Shown here: positions 50,601 to 62,184 of the stretch, in pieces | How the letters are laid out: every line of letters starts with the position of its first letter | How positions within the stretch are numbered: the stretch's first letter is position 1 | NCBI GenBank assembly: GCA_002269645.1 | Contig: NIVC01000417.1 | Location: 1-64,000 of the forward strand | Length of the DNA: 64,000 nt | From: Macrostomum lignano | Lineage: Eukaryota | Direction: 5' to 3' | Made by a program: the position numbers and the translations under genes | The notes under the pieces: model-generated | The model's input: the letters and a program-made list of their open reading frames with translations, nothing else | The model's database searches: none | Told to the model about the DNA's origin: nothing

Positions 50601-53263
50601 ACCGCCGCGCAGCTTTGCGAGCTTCGTCACCGTGAAGCCGCCCATCTCGACGGATCTGCGGCAGTAATGCGGGTAGCCATCCTCCTCGACCTTCGTGGCG
50701 GCCAGGAACTCCCTCGGGTAGCGCTTGCTGCACCTGCCTTTCTCCATGCACGCCGCGGCAGAATTGAGCTGCTGTCCACAGGGACCGTGCAGCATGTTCT
50801 CCGCCACCAGCTGATGCAGGTCGGCGTCGGCGACAGGGTCCGGGATCTCCGCGCTGATGACGGCGTCGTACTGATCCGGCTTCAGCTTGTTCGCCAGCCA
50901 AAGCAGCGCGTGCACGTGGGGAAGACCTAGAGGTAGATAAAATGAAAAACTCTATTGAAATTTACGAAATTATGGAGGCGACAGATAATGCAAGATTTTT
51001 AAAATTTTAAAAAGTTCACAAATTTCACACTTGCCTCGCTTCTGGTACTCCAGCGAGCAGACTCGAGCAAGAGTATCTCCAAACAGACTCTTCAGCCTGT
51101 TTAGGAAGGCCTTTTTCTTCAGCTCGAACACCCGGGCGGTGATGTCCGGCCGATCGACAGCAGTCTGTCCTGGAAGCAGCTCGGCCAGAATTTCCGGCCA
51201 CTTCGGGTTGCATGTCATTGTCAGAAACAGGTCTGGGCGGCCAAAGGCGTGAACATACGCCATGGCATCCTGCTGACGCTCCAGACGGTACCGTGGACCT
51301 CCCACGTAGCTGGAAGTAAGAATGACACGCTTCCCGACTTCCTCCGGCCTGCCGTCGTCCTCGTGCAGCGCGTCTCGGAGACCCCGAAGACTTTCCGACA
51401 CCAGATCCTTTTGGTGCAGTCGGATGTACGTAAGTCGCTCGGACTCGATCTTAGCAGCCTGGTCCACCAGGTACTGCTGGAAGAGTCGGCGACCGTACAG
51501 CAGGCTGTTGAACTGGACTGGGCGCACCTGGATCATGAAGGCATAGTACTTCATGATAGTGATGCCACGATCCTGCTTGAGTCCGATGCTCCAGCCGTCC
51601 TCACCAAATGGGAACAGCAGGACGTACTCCAAGGGATCGTAGGAGCGGTGGGTATCACAGATGCTCTGGAGGCCTGTGAATCAAAAGTGATGAAAGGGCG
51701 AATTCTCATTTTTTAAATGCAAATACAGCAACTAAATTAATGAAACAGAATGTTTGAGTCTTCCAATTGACACAAAAGCAAAAGATAATAAATTGCTTCA
51801 ATATTTAAGCGATACATGTGCAAAAAGAAGCGCAAAAGTCTGAGTCTTTTTAGGAAAATGATTTAAATGCCTGTATTAACAAATAAAAAAGTTAAACATA
51901 ATTTCGAGATGCAGAACTCACCACCCCCCCCTCAGACGCAAAATCACGTCCCGCCGTCGCGTCTGGGCTGCGCCTTCGGTATCGTCAAGGTCCGTCAGGA
52001 TGCCTACTTCACTGCACTCGGGCAAATTGAAGCGTCTGGCATGCTCCCCTGATGGACGGGCATCGGGGTTGATGACGATCTTGGCGCTTTGCAGCTGAGG
52101 GTCGTTGCGGAGCAAGTCAACGGCGGACTTGAGGCTGCGCACGTAGCCGTTGCACGCATGCAGCATGGCTTGCAGCTCTTCCAGCACACGACCGTTCAGT
52201 CCGGTGGCCCACTGCAGCCGGGTTTGCAGCTCCTGGTCCACAAAAAAGACCTGGCAGAACCTGGCCTCATCCCCCGGATCCGGCAAGAGACTGCCGATCT
52301 TGTGGTGCACCTGACCATTGAGAATGAAGCTCGGGTTCCAGCCGGGCTGCTCACGCTGCTTGGCACCGAGCGACGTCATGTGGAGCGCGCCGTTGTACTT
52401 CCTGATGTCCTTCAGGAACTGAGAGCTGTCTGGGTGCTGGCCAGTCAGAAGCCGCTTCAGGACATCAGGGGGGTCACGGCGGGGCTCCAGGACGGTCTGA
52501 GTTGGATTTACGTTGGATTTATCACTTTCAGCAGCACATCACGCAATTGTCTATGACTAATGACTCCATTGGTGGTCAAAGGTTTCATACTGTATACAAT
52601 GATTAGTATAAAAAGCATTAATGAGGCAGCAATTCAAGTAAACTAAAATAAAAAAATGGACTTACCTTTCCAGCGTGGCAGCAAATGCTAGCTGGCTCGT
52701 CCTTCCAGCGTAGCGCGCTGCAGTGCGGACATTGGCGGTCCATGCGACCGAGGACATGTGGCTGGTGTGCCAGCTCCAGCAGTCTGTGGCAACGAAGAAG
52801 GTGCATTTCAATCATTACTAATAAATGAATTATAAAATCCAGATGTACATGCATAAAGTTTATTAGTATCAGAGAAGAGATCAGTCTCGCACGTAAGAAT
52901 AGCAGAATAAATAATCAGGAACCCCTACCTGTCTCGGCGCCAGCCTGCCTGTACATGTAGACGGCGGTCGCGGTCGTCAGCGGACTCAGCCGCGCGATTC
53001 TGGTTCTGGCGCTGCCGCTGCGCCTCCAGTCGATGCTGATGGACCGCTTCGTCCTCGACTTCACGACTTTCGGCTGTGCACAGTCGATTCGCCTCAAGGC
53101 GATGCTGGCGCTGAACTTCGCCTTCAGCCTCACGGCTTTTGGCTGTGCGCAGTCGATTCGCCTCAAGGCGATGCTGGCGTTCTTCAGGTGTCTCCGACGC
53201 CCTGCGCTTCTTGGCTGCCGATGCAGCGCGTGAAGAACGGGAAATATTTCCGCGTTTCGGCAT
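47640..53263 (-). CDS. Helitron Rep/PIF1-helicase (~1,528 aa; STPR repeats, Zn finger, HUH-Y2 Rep, SF1B helicase), 9 exons
   Basis: Exons 53263-52929, 52783-52666, 52496-51922, 51673-51035, 50926-50088, 50000-49398, 49328-49009, 48887-48500, 48410-47640. Motifs: ETPEERQHRLEANRLR, CPHCSALRWKDE..CC, FLTMTCNPKW, EYQKRGLPHVHALLW, KYVVKYITKG, DAPGGTGKT, DEAPM, GDFRQ, AMTIHKSQGQS, HGQLYVALSR. One surplus G in the G8 run at 51924-51931; the intron 51034-50927 is GC-AG. Confidence 0.95.
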
Positions 53264-53998
53264 TTTGGATGAAAAAAATAAGCAAAAATAGGCTAAAATA
53301 GGCTAAAATAAGCAAAAACAGGCAAAAATGAGTAAAAATGAAAAAAAATTTAGTGTATTTTGATAGGTAAATAGCAAAAACGGCAGATTGGAGAGAATGA
53401 GAGAAATCTATTATGATATGGAAAATTGAATTGAAAATTGAAAATTCGCCTCATTAAGTAAGTAAAGGCCCAGTGAAAAAATCAATAAACAGAACTTTAG
53501 GCCCCACCAGTCTGTCCATTTCCCAGTTAAAGGGACTGACTGACTAAAGGCGCCGATAATAAAACCAAATCGTAGCCTCTGTTTACACTGTACAGTGGTA
53601 TGTACTCAGCCAAAGCCCAACCCCACCCCCCCCCCGAAGCATAGAATTTCACTGAACCCCCAAAACGCGGGGGGGGGGGTTATTTGCATTGAACGCAGAA
53701 CACGCGCACCCACCAACCCTCAATACACAGCGACCCGCGGGCGGAGGTTGGGGTGGCTATTTTTACAAACAGACTGCCAACTCTCTTACTGGAAAGACAG
53801 AAGGGCCAAAGAAGGTTAAAAGCAGTTTTCTGCTTTTTTAGGGATCTTAAAATGTGAAAATTAAAAATTAAAATAGCCTAAAGCCTGATCCGGAAAATTT
53901 TCTGTTTTCCCATATAAGTTTCGACGCTGACTTGCCAGTTGTCTAGGAGAAAAATCGCAACACACACACAATCATCGCACCAGTTTTAGTATTAACGA

Positions 53999-55640
53999 GG
54001 CCAACTCCTCCTTCGGAGAAGAAAGGGGCAGAACTCCAATCAGCGGAATTCCATTCCCTGAACTCCATCAGCGGAATCCCATTTTCCAACACCTCTCCGC
54101 GCAACAGAAATCGTCTCCGTGAAACTGAACACTATCGAAATCCTCTCCGTGAAACTGAACACCATCGAAATATTCTCCGCGAAATAGAAATCCTCTCCGT
54201 GAAACTGGACTAAATCGAAATTTCTACGTCAAACAGCCCAGCTCTCAGAATTCATTGGTTAAGGTTAGGGTTAGGGTTAGAGCTACACACAGCTGCGTGT
54301 TGAAAGACGCCGTAAAAACATTGAACCAATTAAATTGCGCAACTTATTTCTCAGGCAGTCAGTATCAGCCTCAGTTAAAGTTAACAAAAAGATTGCGCAA
54401 TCTAAATCAACCCTCAAATACACAGCAACCGACCCCCCTTCCAATACGCAGTGCAGCTAGAAATTGAACCCCCCCCCCTCACCAACTATTGGGGGGTCGG
54501 TCGAACCCCCATTGAACTCCAAAATGAGAACAATCTTTGCAGAAAGCTAAAAGTATGAAAATCTTTTCTTGAATGCTGTGAATTTAATTTTCATATTTAA
54601 AGCAAAAAACCTATATCCCCGAACTCATCGCAGCAAGATCTTTCCAGCAATATAAGTCTCTCCTCTCTAAGTTCAAAACTCGAGCAACAGTTAGTGTTTG
54701 AAACTTTCTGATTTTAAGCATTGAAATATCGAGTGTACGTTCACTGGCTGCAACAGTGAATTGCAATTGTCTATACAGTCAGCCCGTGCGCCAAGGTCCA
54801 AGTGCACACGAAATGATTGCGCAATCTAAATCAATCCTCCAATACACAGCGACTGACCCCCTTCCGCAGTGGCAATTAAAAGTTGAACCGCCCCCCCCCT
54901 CCCACCAACTGTTGGGGGGTTGGTGGAACCCCATTGAACCCCAAAATGAGTACAATCTTTCCAGAAAGTAAAAAGTATGGAAGTTGTTTTCGATCGCTGT
55001 GTTTTTTCTTTTCACATTTAAAACAAACAACTTATATCCCCGAACTCAGTGTTGCAAGATCTTTCCAGCAATATAAGTCTATTCTTTTAAAGTTTAGAAC
55101 TCGAGCAACAGTTAGCGTTTGAAATGTCCCGATTTAAAGCATTGAAGTATCGAGTGTACGTTCACCTGCCTGCTAAAAAGGCTCGCATGTTGATGCATTG
55201 AATTTCAGTGTGCAAAAATTACACCGGGCTGCCTAATTGAAAATCAGAGCACGTATCGTTGCGCAATTGTCTATACAGTCAGCCCGTGCGCCAAGGTCCA
55301 AGTGCACACACGCCGCCACTGAGAACGCGAGCACCCCCACTGGAGAGAAAATACACTGCAGAGATAGGAGAAAGTTATGGCGCAATCGCTCAAAATTCAT
55401 GCAAATTTTTAGCTCCAAGCAGAAAGAGGGGACAAATAAGATTATCAAAGGTCAAGATTGCAGTTTTTTGCTTTTTTCGGGATCTTAAAATGTAAAAATA
55501 AAAAATTGAAATAGCCCACTGCCATCCTCGGAAAATTTGCAGTTTTCCCATATAAGTTTTGACGCTGACTTGCAAGTCGTCTAGGAGGAGATATGTATCA
55601 CACAGACAAACAACGCACCAGTTTTAGTATTAAGAGAGAG
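53999..55640 (-). mobile_element. Non-autonomous Helitron unit upstream of the autonomous copy, near-identical to 43200-44837
   Basis: Same 1,637-bp spacing and nearly identical sequence (the ORF track shows identical spurious peptides). Ends in GTTTTAGTATTAAGAGAGAGA (minus strand TCTCTCTCTTAATACTAAAAC) against unrelated flank. Confidence 0.85.
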
Positions 55641-55786
55641 ACAGAAGCAGACAGAAGCAGAAGCAGATTGGCAGCTTATGTAGAGATTGGCAGCTGTTAC
55701 ATATGCACGGCGTACACGGACGTTAAATATTGAATTGCACGTGTTATTGAACGTGTTACAAGTAGTACACAAGAAGAAGTACGTGA

Positions 55787-56500
55787 ATATGTAACAATGT
55801 TTACCAATTAACTACCAAACTGTCCAACTACCAAAGCATCGAGGGCAGCCTGTGCATCAAGCCCGAGTTCGTGCAGTCTCACCCGCGAGCTGCCAGCAAG
55901 ATCGAGTGCGCCGCCCTGTGCAGCGCCAACCAGCGATGCCAGGCATTCAGCACAGCCGACTCTCCGTGCCAGCTGTTCGTGTTCGACAGGTGCAGCAAGT
56001 CGGTGAAGGACTGCGGCTGCTCCAGGAGAGGCCGCGTGTTTGTGAAGCAGCAGCCGGGACTGCGGCCGGGCGCGCTGTGTCCGGCTGGCTACGGAGACGA
56101 CCTGTGCGGAGTGAAGTACAGGCTGCTGGCTGAGGCTGGAAGCTGGTGGCTGAGCAGACAGAAGTGCGAGGCGGAGCTCGGGCTGGTGATTATGGCCGAC
56201 GTGATGGACGCCACTGAGATAAATAAAATCGAGCTTATAAGGAACAAAAACGGTTTGTTTGGTCATTCCATTTTTCTCGGAGGCTTCCAAACTCCCAACA
56301 GCACTGAGCCGGGCGGTGGCTGGTACTGGGTCGGCTGCAACATCACCCTGGATGGAACTCTGTGGAACAGTGAAGAGCCGAATAATGATGCGAATGCTGA
56401 AGCTACTCTTGGCTTTTACCAATCGAGGAGCCGCCTTGCCGATTTAAAACAGGCCGACAGTTTCAAAAGTCTATGCGAGTGCCTATCACCATTTGAGTGA
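55787..56500 (+). CDS. PAN/apple + C-type lectin-like protein, 5'-incomplete
   Basis: SKIECAALCSANQRCQAF...CQLF (PAN), then SWWLSRQKCE...IFLGG...WYW...WNSEEPNN...D..FKSLCEC (CTL). The frame is open from 55787 with no ATG or signal peptide. Confidence 0.7.
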   Translation: MCNNVYQLTTKLSNYQSIEGSLCIKPEFVQSHPRAASKIECAALCSANQRCQAFSTADSPCQLFVFDRCSKSVKDCGCSRRGRVFVKQQPGLRPGALCPAGYGDDLCGVKYRLLAEAGSWWLSRQKCEAELGLVIMADVMDATEINKIELIRNKNGLFGHSIFLGGFQTPNSTEPGGGWYWVGCNITLDGTLWNSEEPNNDANAEATLGFYQSRSRLADLKQADSFKSLCECLSPFE

Positions 56501-57071
56501 GCTATAGGCGATTTTCACACGAGAATCTCTGGAATTTGTTATTTCGCATGTGAAAAAAACTTTTTGAAACTTTTTAAAACGTTTTAATCCAAAAAAAACT
56601 GTTCCCTTTTCGATTGTTAATTGGTAAACTAGACGACACATTTTTTCTCTCTATTGTCACCGATTTCAAACCGAAACTTCATGAGTAGCTATACCTACAT
56701 GTACACATGGACCAAGTCGGATTAAATTACTTACGAGTACGACTTCTGTTTTACTGCTTTGACCTACCGGTATAAATGTCAGACAAACAAATCTGGACCT
56801 TTTTTCAGCGTATATTTCTATTTCTCCATAAATTCATAGTTTTGTAGCAATTTTTCCTGTACTTTTTCTGACGTATTCAAATAAATTTAAATATCGAATT
56901 ATTTCTTTTACATCTTCGTAGATTAAAAAGCAATGCCTCTAAATATCGGAGTCAAATTTTTCTTTCTTATGATAATAATAACAATATAACAATAATTGAC
57001 TACACCTGCCCCAATTGTCGAGATATGCAACCGACAGCTCAGCCGCAGCTATTGCGCGGCGCATCTGAAGG

Positions 57072-57290
57072 CTGCGTACGGCTGTTCAGTCCAAGCACTG
57101 GGGGGGGGGGTCGCCACACACAGCCTCAATTACCCCAGCCAATGCTGGCACCCATTTTACAGCTGGGTGAACTGAAGCAATGCAGAGTTAAGTGCCTTGC
57201 TCAAGGACACAAATTGTTCCGAGTGGGTCAGGAATCGAAGCCCCGACCTTTCAGTCGTGATTCTGACGCTCTGACCACTGGGCTGCACCC
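57072..57290 (-). mobile_element. tRNA-derived CORE-like SINE (copy 2)
   Basis: Clearly homologous to 32411-32628 (shared CTGCGTACGGCTGTTCAGTCCAAG, G-run, TCGCCACACACAGCCTCAATTACCCCAGC and CORE-like block). Confidence 0.8.
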
Positions 57291-58004
57291 CTACTACCCA
57301 TGAAAATTTCAGGACTTTGAGAGAAGCACTAGTTACAACTAGTTAATATAATTAAATAACATAAGGATAAGGTAAAATACTAAATCCAGTAGCAAGTGTA
57401 CTCGTAAGTTAAGTTGCTGAACACGCACACATGCAGATGCAAGCCAAACGGAACTCACTGAGCTACAAGTTAACGCGTGAGCTCAGCACACCAGCCAGTT
57501 CTCTGTAGAGACAATTGAACACCTCATGGGACTTTGCTGTACGAGCTACGCCCAGCCTGTGTGGTGAAGAGAATTGCTTTGCATAAAAAACATCAGATTT
57601 TTAGATTGCGAAAACTCCCTAAAATGTCTTATTAGGATGTCAGTTATAAAACAGAGCAAATCAAACACTCAAAGCTTCTTTACTAGCACACCCTCACTGC
57701 ACTCTTCAGTATTTTCACGGGCACGCAAACAGAAAGTTTTTCTTGCGGCGAACTTTTCCTGCAGGAGATTTTCCCACAGGAAGCTTTCCCGCACAGATGC
57801 TCTCTCGCCAGTCTTTGCTTTGCTTCCAATATATTTAACAGTTTGCAAAACAGGGATTAGAACGCCTAGGTCCTACTATGAGTAGGTAGGAAAACATTTT
57901 ACTCACCCACTTACTACACTTTACACTGCACATTGCACATTGCCTTGACTAGCATGTAAGGCATGCATATGTACATAGTATTCTCTTTTTATGATCCTCC
58001 AACA

Positions 58005-60170
58005 TGAGGCGGAAAAACCTCGTTGCAGGAAAAAATCGCTGCAGGAAAACCTCACTGAGGGAAAACCTCACTGTGGGAAAACCTCACTGAGGGAAAACCT
58101 CACTGAGGGAAAACCTCACTGTGGGAAAACCTCGCTGCCTTAAAACCTCGCTGAGGGAAAACCTCCCTAAGGGAAAACCTCACTGTGGGAAAACCTCACT
58201 GTGGGAAAACCTCACTGTGGGAAAACCTCACTGAGGGAAAACCTCACTGTGGGAAAACCTCACTGTGGGAAAACCTCACTGTGGGAAAACCTCACTGTGG
58301 GAAAACCTCACTGTGGGAAAACCTCACTGAGGGAAAACCTCACTGTGGGAAAACCTCACTGTGGGAAAACCTCACTGTGGGAAAACCTCACTGAGGGAAA
58401 ACGTCACTGAGGGAAAACCTCACTGTGGGAAAACCTCACTGAGGGAAAACCTCACTGTGGGAAAACCTCACTGTGGGAAAACCTCACTGAGGGAAAACCT
58501 CACTGTGGGAAAACCTCACTGTGGGAAAACCTCAATGTGGGAAAACCTCACTGTGGGAAAACCTCACTGTGGGAAAACCTCACTGATGGAAAACCTCACT
58601 GAGGGTAAACCTCACTGAGGGAAAACCTGACTGTGGGAAAACCTCACTGAGGGAAAACCTCACAGTGGGAAAACCTTGCTGAGGGAAAACCTAACTGAGG
58701 GAAAACCTCACTGTGGGAAAACCTCATTGAGGGAAAACCTCACTGTGGGAAAACCTCACTGTGGGAAAACCTCACTGAGGGAAAACCTCACTGTGGGAAA
58801 ACCTCACTGAGGGAAAACCTCACTGTGGAAAACCTCACTGAGGGAAAACCTCACTGAGGGAAAACCTCACTGTGGGAAAACCTCACTGAGGGAAAACCTC
58901 ACTGTGGAAAAAACCTCACTGAGGGAAAACCTGACTGAGGGAAAACCTGACTGAGGGAAAACCTCACTGAGGGAAAACCTGACTGAGGGAAAACCTGACT
59001 GAGGGAAAACCTCACTGTGGGAAAACCTCACTGAGGGAAAACCTCACTGAGGGAAAACCTCACTGTGGGAAAACCTCACTGAGGGAAAACCTCACTGTGG
59101 GAAAACCTCACTGAGGGAAAACCTCACTGTGGAAAACCTCACTGAGGGAAAACCTCACTGAGGGAAAACCTCACTGTGGGAAAACCTCACTGAGGGAAAA
59201 CCTCACTGTGGAAAAAACCTCACTGAGGGAAAACCTGACTGAGGGAAAACCTCACTGAGGGAAAACCTCACTGAGGGAAAACCTGACTGAGGGAAAACCT
59301 GACTGAGGGAAAACCTCACTGTGGGAAAACCTCACTGAGGGAAAACCTCACTGAGGGAAAACCTCACTGTGGGAAAACCTCACTGAGGGAAAACCTCACT
59401 GTGGGAAAACCTCACTGAGGGAAAACCTCACTGTGGAAAACCTCACTGAGGGAAAACCTCACTGAGGGAAAACCTCACTGTGGGAAAACCTCACTGAGGG
59501 AAAACCTCACTGTGGAAAAAACCTCACTGAGGGAAAACCTGACTGAGGGAAAACCTGACTGAGGGAAAACCTGACTGAGGGAAAACCTGACTGAGGGAAA
59601 ACCTCACTGTGGGAAAACCTCACTGAGGGAAAACCTCACTGTGGGAAAACCTCACTGAGGGAAAACCTGACTGAGGGAAAACCTGACTGAGGGAAAACCT
59701 CACTGTGGAAAAACCTCACTGTGGGAAAACCTCACTGTGGGAAAACCTCACTGTGGGAAAACCTCACTGTGGGAAAACCTCACTGAGGGTAAACCTCACT
59801 GTGGGAAAACCTCACTGTGGGAAAACCTCACTGTGGGAAAACCTCACTGTGGAAAACCTCACTGAGGGAAAACCTCACTGTGGGAAAACCTCACTGTGGG
59901 AAAGCCTCACTGAGGGAAAACCTCACTGTGGGAAAACCTCACTGAGGGAAAACCTGACTGAGGGAAAACCTGACTGAGGGAAAACCTGACTGAGGGAAAA
60001 CCTTGCTGAGGGTAAACCTCACTGTGGGAAAACCTCACTGTGGGAAAACCTCACTGTGGGAAAACCTTGCTGCCTTAAAACCTTGCCGAGGGAAAACCTT
60101 GCTGAGGGAAAACCTCGCTGCAGGAAAACCTCGCTGAGGGAAAACCTCTCTGAGGGAAAACCTTGCGTGC
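58005..60170. repeat. 16-bp satellite (GGGAAAACCTCACTGT/GA), ~130 copies, with a 304-bp higher-order repeat
   Basis: The variant GGAAAAAACC recurs at 58906, 59210 and 59514 (period 304). Degenerate GCTGCCTTAAAACC units occur near both array ends. Confidence 0.95.
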
Positions 60171-60423
60171 TCAAATCTAATTCAACGGAGCTACGCTCGT
60201 ATCTACATTAGATTTAATGAAATCTTATATTTGTCAACTTATTGCAGGGGACAGTTTCATTCTGATCGAGCAACAACTCGCTACACTCTCCCTGGACCAC
60301 AAGGTCACTGTTTATAACTTATCTAATCTAAGTTTTAATGCTTATCATTACTAATCAATACTAATTATATACTAGCTTCTCGGCTGTCTAGTTGGGTACC
60401 GCGGGGCCGCCTGTCTGAAAAAT

Positions 60424-61174
60424 TGACTCAAAACCGCATGCGAGTTGCAAATCAAATAAATCAAATTACGTCTCAATTAACATTTTACTCTCAGATTTAT
60501 GTTGCTTTTAAACTTGATGTATAGTGAAATATTGAGGGTTGTCTCGAGGGTTGTCTCGAGGTGGCCTGGTAGGTCTTTGAATCCCACCGCTGCCACCAAT
60601 GTAGTACCTGTGCTTCTCCGGCTGTCTAGCACAGTGGTTTGGGCTCTCCGTCCTCCCAACCAGAAGCCTCGTAGCTCTTAGTAGCGTAGGTAGTGCTGCC
60701 ACCAGTTCCTTCAGGTCTCGGCCTTCGGTGAGGTGAGCTTCCCGTCTGAACGAAATAAACAAGTCAACGAACTCAGCACAGCGCGCAGATTTGAAGATTA
60801 ACGAACAAGGCGTCGGGTCAGCAGATTCCGCCGGGCTCAGTGGGTGGTTGGGGAGGCCGTATTTGGCTTCCTTTAAACTTGGGCGTCTAAGTTTAGTCAG
60901 GCCAATAAAGGGAGAGTTGATTGGACTGTAGAACTGTCAGACAAATTCGGAAAATGAGAAACTAAGACCTAGACTGGAAAACACTGAAACTTAAGAACTT
61001 CCTTGACTGAGCCAAGGGTGAGGGGGTCCGTATTTATAGCCTGGGGTTCTCCACTGCCCCAATCCGCACAAGACCTCGTGACTTTGTTCTATTTTTAGAA
61101 CTGACGTCACTTGGGGTCCTCGGGCAGAGTGCACCAGGCTGTGACTCAGTGTCTATTTTTAGAAACATGAGTCA
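60424..61174 (-). mobile_element. Putative 3' LTR (751 bp) of the adjacent Gypsy element
   Basis: Inverted termini TGACTCA...TGAGTCA; polypurine tract AAGGAAAGGAG (minus, 61185-61175) abuts it; TATA-like CTATAAAT (minus) at ~61031-61038. No partner LTR in the window. Confidence 0.7.
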
Positions 61175-62184
61175 CTCCTTTCCTTAGAGATCGCAAGGGC
61201 CTCGGGCACGTGGTTCCTCAGTAAACACGGACTGAGGAAGTTAATACGGACTTCGAGAAAACAAGACTTGTCAGGTGACTTGCTCACCTGACAAGGGAAA
61301 CAGGCCACCAGCGTGACCTCAGGACAGGAACGAAACGCAGAGCAGGCCACAGCAGAGAAGCTCGTGGCTGCAAGCAAGAGCGCAGAGAAGAGGGGAGAGG
61401 GGCGACAGAGAACAGGCAGAAAATGGGGAGGGAGCCTGCCCAGTGGCAGACAGCAACCCAGGGCGAGGGCGAGGGAAACTGCTGACAATAGTGCGACGCC
61501 TGACACCAAACTGGCGGCCCACTACACTCTCCCCGTTCAAATAAAGAGGCGGAGTGAAAGCGGCGCACACTTTATTTAAAACAGCAAAAGAGATGGTATT
61601 GGCGGGTGGCCAACCCACAAACAGGCCAAGTACAACAGGTGGCTGGGCGAGAGCCATGATTAACGCCCTAAATGTCTTCGGGGGCGCCCGCCCGACGGAA
61701 AACAGCGCCTAAATATACGGGATGCCATAGACAGCCGGCAGAGCCCGTCACTGGGGGAAAAGGGGGATGCAGAACTGCATCAGAGCAACAGCTCATGGGA
61801 AGATAAAACGCGTACGCATTGCGGGGCGCTGGCGCGGGCAATGCGGCTATCATAGGTTTGGCCCTAGGATTAATGATTAACCGTTCAGGCTGTCTACGAT
61901 TTCTAGCAGGCCTACCACTATCTACCGGTCATTCATGCGCTTCCACCGGAGTGGTGCGTAGCGACAGCCCAGGGGTCTGGACCGTGGACTGAGCAATCAT
62001 GGGGAACGGGCGCAGGGACGGGCGAAAAAGAAACAGCAGGCATAGACGCATCAGGAACAGGCTCGTGCAAATGACATTCACCATACGGCACTGGCTCACG
62101 CCGAAGTGCACTTGCCTGGTTCGCTGGTGTCGTGACCGGTCCACCTCCTGGCTGCACCTCCGGGATCGCTATAGGCCGGAAGTG

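Larger units (their letters stand above)
46303..53995 (-). mobile_element. Autonomous-type Helitron (~7.7 kb)
   Basis: Contains the Rep/helicase gene. The putative 3' end has a 7-bp hairpin CTCCTCC-nnn-GGAGGAG then TTGGCCTCG at ~46303; the 5' end ..TAATACTAAAACTGGTGCG at ~53995 resembles animal Helitron starts. Confidence 0.8.

Noticed and set aside
57980-60170. CRISPR array or repetitive protein (GKPHCGKTSL..)
   Set aside because: The units are contiguous with no unique spacers, there are no cas genes, and the context is eukaryotic. The peptides are translations of a 16-mer.
61159-61860. env-like third ORF in the Gypsy 3' region
   Set aside because: Only short, non-conserved ORFs, with no convincing signal peptide, furin site or transmembrane anchor arrangement.
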